Positions 9,694 to 22,920 of a stretch of 45,150 bases of DNA are shown piece after piece. Within the stretch, counting starts at the first letter, position 1. Every line of letters begins with the position of its first letter. The notes under the pieces are model-generated. The model saw nothing but the letters and a program-made list of their open reading frames with translations, searched no databases and was not told the DNA's origin. A program made the translations under genes and the position numbers. Source of the stretch: Basidiobolus ranarum (Eukaryota); NCBI GenBank assembly GCA_040143965.1, contig JASJQH010000027.1, positions 1 through 45,150 on the forward strand, written 5' to 3'.

Positions 9694-12600
9694 ATGCGTA
9701 TTTCTCCACCGCAGTCATCTGCTTCTGCTGTGCTGAGGAATCAAAAACCTTTTTCTCCTTCAGATAGTGGTCCTAATCCTAGTCGTCGTCCACTTCCTGT
9801 ACCTCCTGTACAAGAAAAAAATATTTCATCTGACTTTTCACAGATGCCTCCAGCTACGCGAAACCCAACAAAGAATTCTCCACACCAACTTCCAAAAACC
9901 CCAATAACCAAATCGAAGTTAGATTATAGAGAATCCCCTCTTACCTCAACCCTAGGTACCGAATCCCCTCAAACTATTGTACCCAAAAGCCATGGTAATT
10001 TAGAATCTCTTTTAATTGCACTAGTATATACACCACTTTGGATAACCAACGTCAATACTATGTTGGGTGACATCTTGAAGATTATCCTCAATTATTGAGA
10101 TGAATCTACTCTCAAGATCATTCTTGCTTTACTGTGACCAAAACTAATTTCCCGCCATAATTACTGTATTTCCAAATTGTAGAATTTCCTGGAAATCAAA
10201 GAGCTTCACTCAACTCTTTTAAACCTTCACTTAATATGCCATCTCCAAAGACTGGGAGAAATTCTCTATTTGCTGCTAAATCTAATATCAAATCTCTTAG
10301 GTTAGTAAGTCAGATAAGATCGTTTTGTATATATTTGCTGATTTTATTTCTAGTCAACAGGATAATGGCGGGAATAGGTCTGTGGATAGTCTAGCTTCTA
10401 CCACTGGTGGAAAGCTGGATGATTCTTCAACCAGCAATAGTTCTAGAAAGAGTACGTCTGGTACTTCGACAATAGATAAATCGTACTCCGGATCTAACTT
10501 GTCGATTGTAAGTTCTCGTCATGAATCCATAAACCGGACGAATATCTTTGAATTTGTCGAATGAAAAAATTTCATAATGCCAATAGACTCGATTCAATCT
10601 AACCCAATATTCACTAAACAGAAGACGAAAGCTTCAGAGCCAGATTTCTCACAAAAAATTAAGTCGCATGGCTTTGGTAGTCCATCCGTATTTACAAGGT
10701 TACGTGCGAATTCGCATTCACAGATCGATCCTAAGCCAACCAAATCAAATACATCACGGCTTCATTTGAATGGTAAAAATGTACCTCCTTCAGAAAATTC
10801 ACCAAAGTCCCTTGGGAAAGAGAAGACAAAGCCTCGTTTGGTCGTAGAAGGCGCAGAGAAGGTAACAAGAAATATTAGGAAACCCAGCCCAAACAACGGT
10901 ATTGGTGAACAATCTAAACTTCAAACGCCACCAAAAACTACTCAATATAAAGGGTCCACCACCGCGAAATCTCACTCAAACTCAGCATTATCTGATGGAC
11001 TCACTCCGCCCACCAGCTTACTTCAAGCTCAGTATCATACTAGCTCTGAGCTGAAATCTACACCAAGAAAGGTTTTCATGATTCAACTTTATATATAACG
11101 AATATGTTTTTCTTGAGAATTGTCACTTACACCTACATTTAATTTTAAAGTCAATTGGACCTAACCCTCCTTTAGGTTTGAATATTGCTCGTAAGAATCT
11201 AACCCCCAAGGCTTCTCCTGGCACAAGCCCAGTGAGAAGAACGATGGAGTCCCAGAAGAGTAACGGAACCGCTAGTGGAAATGCAACACCCATTGGTCAT
11301 TCTTCTTCACCACAGGCTTTCAGTAATAACGATACGACGACATTGTCATCAAAGGGAAGTTCGTTAATGCAAAGTAAATTTCGTTCTACTCCCAACAAAG
11401 CAAAAACTCCAAAACTTTCTGCAACCAAGTATGACGCTCCAGATTCGAGTTTAACAGCGGGCGACTCCTTATCAAATATTGAGACTAAATCGTATCTGGG
11501 TTTGACTAACATTAAGGTACCTCATAAAAGCGTCAAAGGACACTCGATGATCTCAACTCCAGTTAAAGAATCCTCCACGAAAAGTAGCAAAACATACCCA
11601 GTACATTCAAATCAATCTCCAACTGGTAGAAAGTCCAATAACACTGCCTCGGGAACTCCTAATTCATCTAGCCGTACATCTAGTGGACACGACTTTTTGG
11701 GGAAATCACTTAATCACTCCATGAGCGAAATGGAGGTAGCTAACAAGGCTATGGACCCGCTTACCGTGTTAAAAGCCAACGCTCATAAGCTAAGTCTGTA
11801 CGAACGTGGAGAGATTCTTGAATATCCACACGTTTATTTTTACGGTGATAACATCATTAAAAAAGCCGTCAAAGGGGATGGCAGCACAAACTTCGGATAC
11901 GACGATGAGCGTGGCGACTATCAAATTGTCTTGCATGATCATTTGATTTATCGTTACGAAATCGTCGAAATCCTTGGTAAAGGATCATTTGGTCAGGTTA
12001 TCAAAGCCTATGACCATAAGACAGATGAAGTGGTAGCCATCAAGATCATTCGTAACAAGTCTCGCTTTCATACCCAAGCCTTGATAGAGGTCAAAATTCT
12101 AGAGTCGATTCGGAAATGGGTTAGTCCTTTTGATTGTTATTTCTCTATTATGCTCCTCTAATGAAGATCATTTTTAGGATCCGGATGATACACACAACTT
12201 GGTGCATATGCATGATCATTTTTATTTCCGAAACCATCTTTGTATCGCCTTTGAGTTACTCAGCATCAACCTTTACGAATTCATCAAGAGCAACTCATTC
12301 AAAGGTTGCAGCATTAACTTAATCCGTCGGTTCACTATTCAGATCATACGTTCTTTGATCCTTCTCTCAAAACATCGGGTTATTCATTGCGACCTTAAGC
12401 CTGAGAATATCTTGCTCAAATCGACGAGCAAAAGCGCGATCAAGGTCATTGATCTAGGAAGCAGTTGTCTTGAGACCGAACGCGTTTACACATATATACA
12501 GAGCAGATTCTATCGCTCTCCAGAAGTGATACTTGGAATGCCGTACAGCATGGCAATTGACATGTGGAGCCTTGGGTGTATTCTGGGCGAGTTATACACG

Positions 12601-13191
12601 GGCTATCCTCTGTTTCCAGGTGAAAATGAGAAGGAACAGCTGAGCTGTATTTTAGAGATCCTTGGGGTGCCAGCTCAAAGTTTGATTGATAAATGTACGC
12701 GAAAATCGTCTTTCTTTGAATCCGATGGAACCCCCAAGACCGTGATCAACTCCAAAGGTAAAAGACGATATCCAGGAACGAAAATACTGACTCAAGTCCT
12801 CAGATGTACAGATGAGCCTTTCTTGGATTTCATTACACGTTGCCTCGAATGGGATCCAGAAAAGCGTATAAAACCTGATGAAGCAATGCAACACCGGTGG
12901 ATAGTTGCAACCAACAATGACCCTCGCCTAGTACAACCTAGAGCAACCACTCCTCGTACCTCCAGTAACCCTTCAACCCCGCAACAGGCCCGCAAGGTTC
13001 CCTCAAAAAACACCAAAGATTTCAAGTACACAAGCCCCCATGTTACCCCGTGTAGTTCAGTTACACTTTCTTCCAGAAATCAAGCTGAAAGCGCTGGACC
13101 TAACCATCCATCCAGTATTTCCAAGACAAACTCATCATATACCTACGATACTGCTCGGAAACAAACGTCAAACACCTATGCACACACTTGA
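9694..13191 (+). CDS. Class-2 DYRK kinase (Pom1/DYRK2-like) with long Ser/Pro/Lys-rich N-terminus, 6 exons
   Basis: NAPA region LSLYERGEILEY, DH box NFGYDDERGDY, GKGSFGQV, HCDLKPEN, DLGSSC, YTYIQSRFYRSPE. Introns ~9995-10182, ~10301-10353, 10508-10621, ~11072-11150 and 12120-12177 join the ORFs in frame. Confidence 0.9.
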
Positions 13192-13730
13192 ATATATCGA
13201 GTTGAAGCAAATTCTTCACGCTTTATCTGTGTTGAGTGAATCGTACTTACCGCCATATATTTGGATTTGCTTATTCACTTTTACTTCTCTATAGAGTAAT
13301 GTTATAAACCCCCCACCCCACCTCTTCAAAGTAAACCCTCATTCCATACTTCATATCTACAACAATATTCAATTATCTTTCTCCATTAATGTAAATACGT
13401 ATCCACATTTCATATGCGGATGTGGTATTTTACTTGTTTGATCTTCTTCAGTCACTGCTATTCTCCTTTCTCGTGAGAGTTCAATTCATCTGAACACCAC
13501 TTAGTTGTCAAATAGTGTATTTCTTATAACATCTAACCATGTGAGTCATGAATAAACCAAATCTACTAATTGGGGTTGTGTAAAGCCATTGGGTCGATCC
13601 TAATCAGACCAGACTGTATTATCAACACACGATGACTCAAAATATCTTGGAGTAAGGATATACCTTTATTAAAATATTTGTATGTTACAATCTGTTATCT
13701 CAAGCAAACAACCTGAGTAGTTTGGGATAC

Positions 13731-15656
13731 TCAAGCACCAGCCAATATGTCATAATAACCTCCACAGTTTGTGACCAACGCCTCTACTGCATCTTGCTTG
13801 TAAGTGTCACTGTATATTACTTCACATCCTATTGCACTTGCGATCCTTTCGCTTCCTGAGCGAGCTCCTATCAAATTTAATGCATTTGGACCTAACTGAA
13901 GTGCAGCGAATGCACCCATGATGAATATGTTCTCACCAGCAGCCAACCTTAGATCTAAATATACCAAGGCAAATGTGAGTAATCTGTCATCATCAAGTAC
14001 ACAACTTTTCTAACCATTCAAGTTTACCTTCTGTTACTACTGGAAGTCCCTCAATCAATTTGACATTCAATTGATCAATCACTTTCTTAAATGCAATCTC
14101 TCGATTAAGATTAATCTCACTATTTTGACACCTGAATCAGTATAAAATTCATCGATCAATTTGAAAGTAAATCTTATTACCTCCCAGTTGATAGCCATAT
14201 GGCAGAAGCTGAAATATTCGTGTCATTTGTGAGTTCTACTTTCCAGTTGTTTGATGAAGAGCACCAAATAGCTTGATTCACTTGGGTGGTAGGAATCATC
14301 TCAAGTACCCCGTCTTTCATTAGTTGATTTAACTTTTGCATCACTTGAGGAGTTATACTGCCACCTTTACGAGCTTGACGAAGTATCTTAAGTCTCTCTA
14401 AAAATCAAAGTAAATTAAGAACAGTATTCATGACTTATCAACCTCTCACCTCCTAAAGTGAGGTGAAATGGAATCTCGCTCGCTACCTTTTTCGTTCGTT
14501 TCTCCCCAGAATTCAGCCATGCTTACTTTGCCGTAGCGACCCATCCAGCTAATCTCAACATCGAACTGTTGTGTTCGGAAATGAGACCTGGATATCATGA
14601 TTATCTAGAAGCAGCAATTAGAATTAGAGCAGGGCGATGTATCATTCTGTATACATATATATGTATTTACCTTCTTATACCCCTTGGATGCAGCAATAAT
14701 TGCTAAATGGCCTGCAGTCAAACCACCACCCACAATCAACAACTGATCTGTACTGGCTGCCTTGCGTGATATTTTGGAAGGATCCATATCATAAGCATGC
14801 ACTAAACTGTCGAGTGGATGGGTGTTACCTACACCCTCGACCCATTCCGGAGTTCTTCTGTTTGTTCCTGGACCGATAGCACTGATCACTTTGTTAGCAA
14901 TCACTACCTCACCATTAGATAGGTGAACTCTATAAATATGGGACAAAGAACCGGGCACTTTCACTGGCTCAATATCAACCACCGATGCTTGCTTCACCAA
15001 ACCATCCATCTTGTATCGAGAGATCATTTCATGACAGTAATCCAGGAATAGAGCGGAACTAGGTAGAACAAATCTGTCTCTATCTCGTTCATTAAAAACA
15101 TTATGATTCTTAAACCTTTTACTAAAATACAATCAATATCATTCGAGGAAATAAGAAATGTTGAGGAAACTCCTTACTTCATTCGAATAGCAACATTCTT
15201 ACTTTGATAGATGGATTCTATGTTGGTTAATTCGGAAATTCGATCGTTTCTCTCGGCAAATTCACGAAGTCCTTGTGAATCAAATCTGAAAATTCAACAA
15301 GATTTAGGGTCGAACTATCATCGGTTGGAAATTCATTCAACTTACGGGTCCAAGTGGAAGAAAATAGGAGAACGAAGATGGGAAATTTGAAGGGTAGAAA
15401 AATTCTTCTTCCAGTTTCTCATCCAGTCTCCATTTGGATCTATAACCATCACTTTTCTACCTTGACATAGACACATCTTTTTCAATCGTTCTCCCTTGTG
15501 CTTCTTCTGATTACTTGCTGAGCGAACTCGAAGAAGTCGGAAATGTTCATCATCGGTTAGTAAGGACTCTGGATGCTCTTCAGATAATCGAGCTATCATG
15601 GCTAAAGCGTGTGGTCCGGCGCCAATAACTAGAATGTCAGTTTGAATGGAAATCAT
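13731..15656 (-). CDS. Uncharacterised FAD/NAD(P)-binding oxidoreductase (two Rossmann folds), 7 exons
   Basis: ILVIGAGPHAL; WKKNFSTLQISHLRSPIFFHLDP; LLIVGGGLTAGHLA; QARKGGSITP; IWLSTG; MGAFAALQLGPNALNLIGAR. Six introns traced in frame. Confidence 0.85.
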
Positions 15657-15713
15657 TGTGGTATTGTTGGATACTTTTGGAGTCACTTGTTCAAGTTAAA
15701 GCTATTTATCCTA

Positions 15714-15876
15714 ACCTTGAGGGTACTCCCTCTACCCCTGAACTGAACTTACTAGGGTTTGAAGGAATGGCATGTAGCCTTTGGGCATAGGTGATGTGTA
15801 ACAACATTGACCAAAGAGATTACTATTGGCAGTCAGAACCATTGAGGTACTCATCACGGTGTCCGATAGGGTACTC
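15714..15876. promoter_or_regulatory. Three Zap1/ZafA-like zinc-response elements
   Basis: ACCTTGAGGGTACTC (15714), ACCATTGAGGTACTC (15838), TCCGATAGGGTACTC (15862). The first reads ACCCTCAAGGT on the minus strand, matching ACCYYNAAGGT. Confidence 0.55.
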
Positions 15877-16275
15877 TTTATCATTATATCCACATGTTGG
15901 TGCGAATCTATCCCAAGTTGGAAATTCTTTGTCTTTGAAATCTCCCTTGACGGATTTGATCTGTTTCATAGGATCCATTAATATATGAAATCGGATCAGT
16001 TCCCATGGTGAACGATCGCTATTACGTGCAGTTCATTCTTGATTCATTGTAGCACGCAGTACTACATCTAGTAACTTGTCATTGGACGATGAGAAATGGA
16101 ATGTATTTTAGGTAATGTATATGGGATTATTAATATTGATTAAACATAGTTTATTTTCAGGAAAGGTCCGGATCAGATCAAAAAAAGGAAGCATAACTAT
16201 AAGCACAGTGACGGTATATACATATCTCGAAATATTATCGAAAGTAGATGAAAAGTAATTTGCCATCAAGGCCAG

Positions 16276-16695
<420 letters not shown>

Positions 16696-17815
16696 TCAAA
16701 GAGAAGAATAGAGATGATTGTGAAATTATGGGGATACTGAAGGAGACTTATATATGTTAAGAAAATATTCTTGCGTGATCCTTTGCTTAGCTAAATGCCT
16801 AAGTTTATGATACAAAATCCAAAAGTTCGTGTTGCAAATTTGAACACAAGTCAACCCTGACTAGAATCCAACATTCTATCGGTATAGTCACTTCAAAAAG
16901 CGCGACCATACGCCCTTTTTGAGATCAACCAATGGTAGTCCACAAAATGATGACCTTTGAGTGACTTTTTCAAATCATCCTTTTGTCAAATAAGCCAATC
17001 ATTCGCCTTGATTCCATAAATCGAGAGAATTAATTCAAATTCTATCCTTTAGGAAAATTCTCTTCCCTGATTCGCGAATTAAAATAACTAGTCCAAATGA
17101 ACCAAAAAAGTCAATCGCTTGACAGAAAGTACTGTACATAATAATACCAAGTAAAAGGAACATATCCTCCAAATAGTGTAGACTGCCACGTAGTCTTCTA
17201 GCCAGATAGGCAGTATAGTAACATGCTCGTTGTCATTGTCAAGTTGATTTCCTCAAGTAAAGCTAGTAGATAAAATTCGGTATTTATTGAATATTATGGT
17301 CAGGGACACTCAGAGAAGTCTAAATTCATGAAGTGCATCATATTTAGGTGTACTATTGGCAGTGGTATTTACTACTACTACTAATACTACTGGCAGTGGT
17401 ATTTTACACTTACTTAATGGTATTTTCCGACTATCGGAATTTCTAAACCGTGTGAGCGTGACCTTAATATATGGGAATTTGGTATAACAATTTATAGTTA
17501 AACCTCTTAATTGCGAGCTTGGTTTACGATTGCAGTGGATAGAAATAATGCTTCATTTGAAAATATATAAAGGTACAGATCGGAGGTAAATCTTGCAGCG
17601 ATTGGTCATAGAAATGATGTAATTTGACATTTAAAGGTACTTGCGCGTAAATGCAAATTGAAATACCATTGAAGAGTAGCATTTAATACTGAATGGTGGA
17701 TTTAGAGGGTTCTAATTCTATTTACAGATCAACTTAAGAGAGCATTACATCAAACTTGAATAGGGTCAAAGTATGTTGTGAAGTATTTTCTATATACATC
17801 AAGTACTATTCCAAC

Positions 17816-18938
17816 TTATTCATTGACATCAGATACTGCCTCTTTCGCTTGTTCCTCCAATTCTCTCTTCTTTTTTTCATTGATTTTAGTTATGAGAAGC
17901 TTGGCAGTGTTAAAGATACCTCCGGTAGGTGCATTACAGGCAAAGCATTTAGGTGTTTTAGCATAACGTTTCAGTGCGCATTTTTCACAAAAGTAATGTC
18001 CACATCTAAAGAGCCGATTAGTTTACGAAATAATATTGAAGTTTCTATGAAATACTTACTTTGTTACAACTGGACGAGTAAATTCTTCACGACAAATAAT
18101 ACAGGCAAAAGGTAATTCTTCTTCAGATTCTTCCTCTTCTTTTTCTTCTTCAAGGAAATCATCGATTCTTTTATTCTTTTGTGCATCTTCCCATTCTTTT
18201 TCAAGCTGCCAACCAGATTTATAGTCACCACGATCATGCATAAAAATACAACTATCACCATAACCACAAAACCCAGTTTCTATATAATAGAATAGTAATG
18301 TTAGTCATTGAGAATGGTGGAGATACATCTCTAACTTGCACCTACCTTTATAATCTTTACATATATCTGGTTGATAATCGAATCTACAAGTTACGCGAAT
18401 ATTGGATGACGCACGAATAGGACCAGCTCTGATTTTAGAACTAGCAGCATTACCAGCGGCGGTATCTCTTTTCGTAATAAAAGTTTTATAACCAGCATGA
18501 CCCTTGTACAAACCATCATCGTCAGTTGCCTAAATAATCAAAAAGAAATTAATGCTTGGGTTGAAATTTCAAAGTAAATCATATGCTACTTACCCCTTCA
18601 GCAGCAAGTTTTCTTTCAAGAATTGCTTGAGCATCTCTATCAATTTCAGTGTCCCATTGAGCTACAGCAGTAGCATTGGCATCTTTAGATAGAACAGGGA
18701 GAGCTGTACCAGTTGAAGAGTATTTTACTTGAATTGCTTCTTCCACTTTCTCACGTTTGGTACCTTGTACCATAGGATTCGTCTCATCTAATTTACGTTC
18801 TTTCACTTTGACCTCACTGGTGATATGTTCAGACGGTTCAGGTGAAGGAGATTTTTCTCTCTTTCGTAAATTCTTTTTACCTTTAGACTTCCTGAATAGG
18901 GAGCCAGTAAACGAAACGGTGTCATTAGTATCAGTCAT
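17816..18938 (-). CDS. CWC24: Pre-mRNA splicing factor Cwc24/RNF113 (CCCH + RING), 4 exons
   Basis: [88 protein letters not shown]. Introns 18530-18593, 18280-18345, 18006-18059. Confidence 0.95.
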
Positions 18939-19299
18939 GACTTCAAAAACCTTTCAAAGAAAAGTGAGAAATGGGTCACTTATTTATATACAAAAATCAA
19001 TCCTCTAGACGTCACGTTTTAGGTCTTCATTAATAATACATTGGATTACATAATTGAGTAATTCTTCATATCTTTAGAGATTTCCAGAATTTCTAATTGA
19101 ATTTGATTTAAACTAAACAAAGTCATTTTCATAGGGGATTTTTTTCCATCCTTTGAGACTGTTCATACATCATTGAAAAATTCGAAAATTTATAAAAAAA
19201 AAAAATTCCCATTCATCGAATTTGAAAAAAAACCAACTACATTAGTATAGTTGATAAATGTTAATCATTCTGTTGACTAATTAAACCAAACAAACGAAC

Positions 19300-21565
19300 A
19301 TGCCTTCAAAACGTGAGTTCACAAGGAAGCATTGATTTCACCATGCAACGAGTTTACTAAACACCTACCTCATTTTAAAGGTACTACAAAGAGAACTTTA
19401 GGAGAGAAATTGGCGGATTTAGCTAATCCTCGACCAAAAGGTACATTTTCATATCGAAATGGTTTCTTGTTCAGTTAAAATATACCATGAATGGGTGATA
19501 ACATATCTTATAAACATTCAGATTTCGATCCTGAAAGTTTGGACTTCGCTACTGGGGATAAACAGGACAATTCTGAAAGTGATATTTCTGATGCTTCCGA
19601 AGACGAAGCCTCCCGAGGCCATTATGTGAAAGTGGGGTACGTTATTTTTCACATTTATTTTTTCTTTTTTTTTGGTAAAGAATCCATGGTCTAAAAATAC
19701 CCTTTGTCCTTCATTTTAGTCAAAGTAAGTTGCGTAATCAAAACTTTGTGTTGGATGATCCCAAGTACGCTGGCAAAAGAAGTAGCAGAAGCACTTTATT
19801 CGACGACGAAGCCGAAGAAGAGGGGGAAAGCGAAGATGACGAAGTCGCTGTTGACTCTGACGATGACTTTGGAAGTGATCCCCTTCCTGAAGACGAAGAA
19901 GTAGAGTTTGGCGATAGTGACGAAGAAGAGTCCGATGCTGAAGCATCTAATGATTCAGACCAGAGCGCAGAAGCACTTGTCGATTCTGATGATAACGAAA
20001 GCTCCGAAGAGGATATGGTATTAGTACTCTCGTGAACCGTTTCAAGCAATATATATTAAACATTTCCAAACCTTTCAGGATGAAGATGAAGTGGATGATT
20101 TTGAGGCAGACGAGAATCTTCAAGAGGAACTCCAGAAAATCCAAGAAGATGAGAAGTGAGTATCTCGCTGTAGACAATCAAGTTTGAATGGTTGTTTCTA
20201 ATACATCTTTTGCTAGATCTCTCATGAAAAATATCACACAGAGTGCTAAGACAGACGTGGAGAAAGGACAGCACGTCAAGAATCAACTGGTTAGTCCTTT
20301 GTATTAGCTGCTTTCATTCCACCCTTTTCTCAAATGGATTTGTCTTTTACAGAGTATTTGGGAAGGACTTCTTGACCTTAGAATCCGTATTCAAAAATCT
20401 GTCAATTGCGCCAACAAACTCCCACAGGTAGTGTTCAGCTGAGGTTCATTGTTAGACACATCAATGGGATTCCTAATGCGGTTTTGTTGTATAGCATGAT
20501 ATCTATCCCGAATTCTGCACACCTGAATCTAATTTGGCTGTTGAGGAAGCGAAGACTGAAGTTAGAGATCTTATTGATTCACTTCTTGATATCAGAACCG
20601 TAAGCATCCCTCATTTAATGACCAACCAACCTTCAACTCGATCGCTGATTCTCCTTCTCTAGTCATTGTATGAGCGCAATCCTCTAATTGACTTCAAGAA
20701 GTCTCAATTTCAAAACCGTAAGAGAGCTCTTGAGGATGAGGACGAGGATTATCCTCTAGCTTTGTGGAAAGATATTGACGGCATTAACCGCAAGTAAGAT
20801 GGATTTAATTGCTTGTTTTCTACTGACCGCATTAGTAACGATTTCCGAACTACAGGATGGTGCCTTATCGTGACGAGACTCTTGAAAAGTGGAGTAACAA
20901 GGTTCAAATTGCCTCTGGAATTCCCCTCAATAAGAAGTTCAAGTCCTTGAATCAAGGTATTATGTCACAAGTAAGCCAGCTCTTGAGCGACAGAGAACGC
21001 TTGGTCAAAAGAACTCAGTTGAAGCGTGGAGAGTATAATATTCTTGGTAAGGATGAGCAAACGGAAGTTGAAGTCAAGGAGGCACTTTTGCCAGAGGAAC
21101 TTAAGGAACTCAACAACAAGGATGAGCATCTTTCTAACCACGACTCCGAAATCTTCGATGATGCCGATTTCTACCAACAATTGCTCCGCGAGCTTATTGA
21201 AAGCAAAATGGTTGATTCCAGTAAGTTATGTTGTCTTGTCTGTTGCATCTAAGAGTTGACCATTAATTCTTGATATCACCGTAGATGACCCTGTAACCTT
21301 GGGTATGAGATGGGCCGCTATTAAGCAAACTAAGCAGAAGAAGAAGAAGATTGACACCAGAGCCAGTAAGGGTCGTAAACTTAGATATCATGTACATGAG
21401 AAATTGCAAAGCTTTATGGTCCCTATCCCCACTGGTACATGGCACGAAGAGATGGTTGATGAACTTTATGCGTCACTTCTGGGAAAACGCGTGGCCCCTG
21501 CAGAAGACAAGAGCGAGCAAAGCGAAATGGAACCCCAGAATGATGGACTTAAGATCTTCGGTTAA
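19300..21565 (+). CDS. BFR2: Bfr2/AATF ribosome biogenesis factor, about 11 exons (13-nt first coding exon)
   Basis: LDDPKYAGKRSSR, acidic tract, IWEGLLDLRIRIQK, YRDETLEKWSNKV, EIFDDADFYQQLLRELIE, DTRASKGRKLRYHVHEKLQSFMVP. Confidence 0.93.
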
Positions 21566-21900
21566 CTACTTTACTGCTTTCCACACTATGCATATAGAAC
21601 TCCATATATCAATAGATTGTCTTTTTTCATTAATGGGATACTTCCGAAGCTGCCCTAAATTATAGTATTCGTGCAATAAACTTATATAATATGTAGTATA
21701 AAGGATTACATTGTCTCACTAGATGATAGTGTTGTAGCTCCCTTCAATTACCTGCTTTTTTACCAAATAAATTCCGTTTCCAATTTATCTGTCATTCTAT
21801 TAGTGGATTTTTCTTGATTTCATTGATGGGGATTTACTCTCTTTTTAACTCGGATATTTGCTTTTCAGCTTCTTAGCTTGCTCAACCTTGTTCCAAGACA

Positions 21901-22407
21901 ATGTCAGCCTACGAACAAACAGTGAAAGGTTCGCTCAAACTCAAGGGAGCCGGGATAACAAAGTAATTCTATCCCACTAAGAAGAGTAGTTGTTCTCTGG
22001 AACTAACGTTGAACTTTTCACTATATAGGAAGAAAAAGAAGAAGAGTGATAAGAAACTCTTGGAAGCTTTGGAAGATGTTGAAAATGAAACAACCTCTGT
22101 GCCTATACGTACCAAAACTGCTGCAGAGCTAAAATACGAGGCAATTCAAAGACAACGCGTTCGTTACCTTCTTCTTTATTAGCTTTTTGAGCAATAATAC
22201 TTATGCCCATTTTTTCTTCTAGCAAAAGGATAAGATTTCTCAAGCCGCGACAAGATCTCATAAAGAAAAAGTCGCAGTAAGTATAACTTTTAGACTGATC
22301 ACTTCAATATATTTAATGCTGATTTAACACTCATTTCTTAGGAATTTAATGCCAAACTTGAGAGTCTCTCAGAGCATTATGACATCCCTAAAGTAGGACC
22401 TGGCTAA
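21901..22407 (+). CDS. FAM32A: FAM32A / DUF1754 small nuclear protein, 4 exons; absent from the ORF track
   Basis: Spliced MSAYEQTVKGSLKLKGAGITK|KKKKK...KTAAELKYEAIQRQR|QKDKISQAATRSHKEKVA|EFNAKLESLSEHYDIPKVGPG*. Confidence 0.9.
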
Positions 22408-22920
22408 GACTGGGTTATTATATTCTTTACTGTTCGTGATAGATTGGTGAAAATATGTCGTGTTTTTATATGGACTGTTGTACAATAAATTGCTTGTTAA
22501 AACTTACTATTAGCAATTAATAATGAATGCTTGTACTATGACGCAGTTTCGTTTCAACATGGGATTCTTCTAGAACAGGATCTTGTTTATCTTTTTACTT
22601 AAATATTCACTATTTCCGTGCAAATAAACCACTTTTCAATCCAATTACGAAAAAATAGTTTTACCAACAGAGGTGGTATAGCTTTGAAGAAAAGCCTATA
22701 CATTATTCCTTCATAACCAATATTTATTTGAAATTTTTGTTTTGGTGGAAACAAAGCGTATCAAACTTTGTAGTGGGGAACTATACTTTTACTTCAATAA
22801 AATCTTCTTGAAAAGTAGGTTCTTTTCATTTGAGCTATTGACGAGACTGCTCAAGCATCCCGATACTTTTTCTTGCGCGGTTTCGACCTTCTGACATAAT
22901 AAGCGATATTTTCAAGACCG

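Noticed and set aside
6438-13191. HMG gene as a Mucorales-type sex locus
   Set aside because: Flanking genes are a HAD phosphatase and a DYRK kinase, not tptA/rnhA; idiomorphy cannot be seen from one haplotype.
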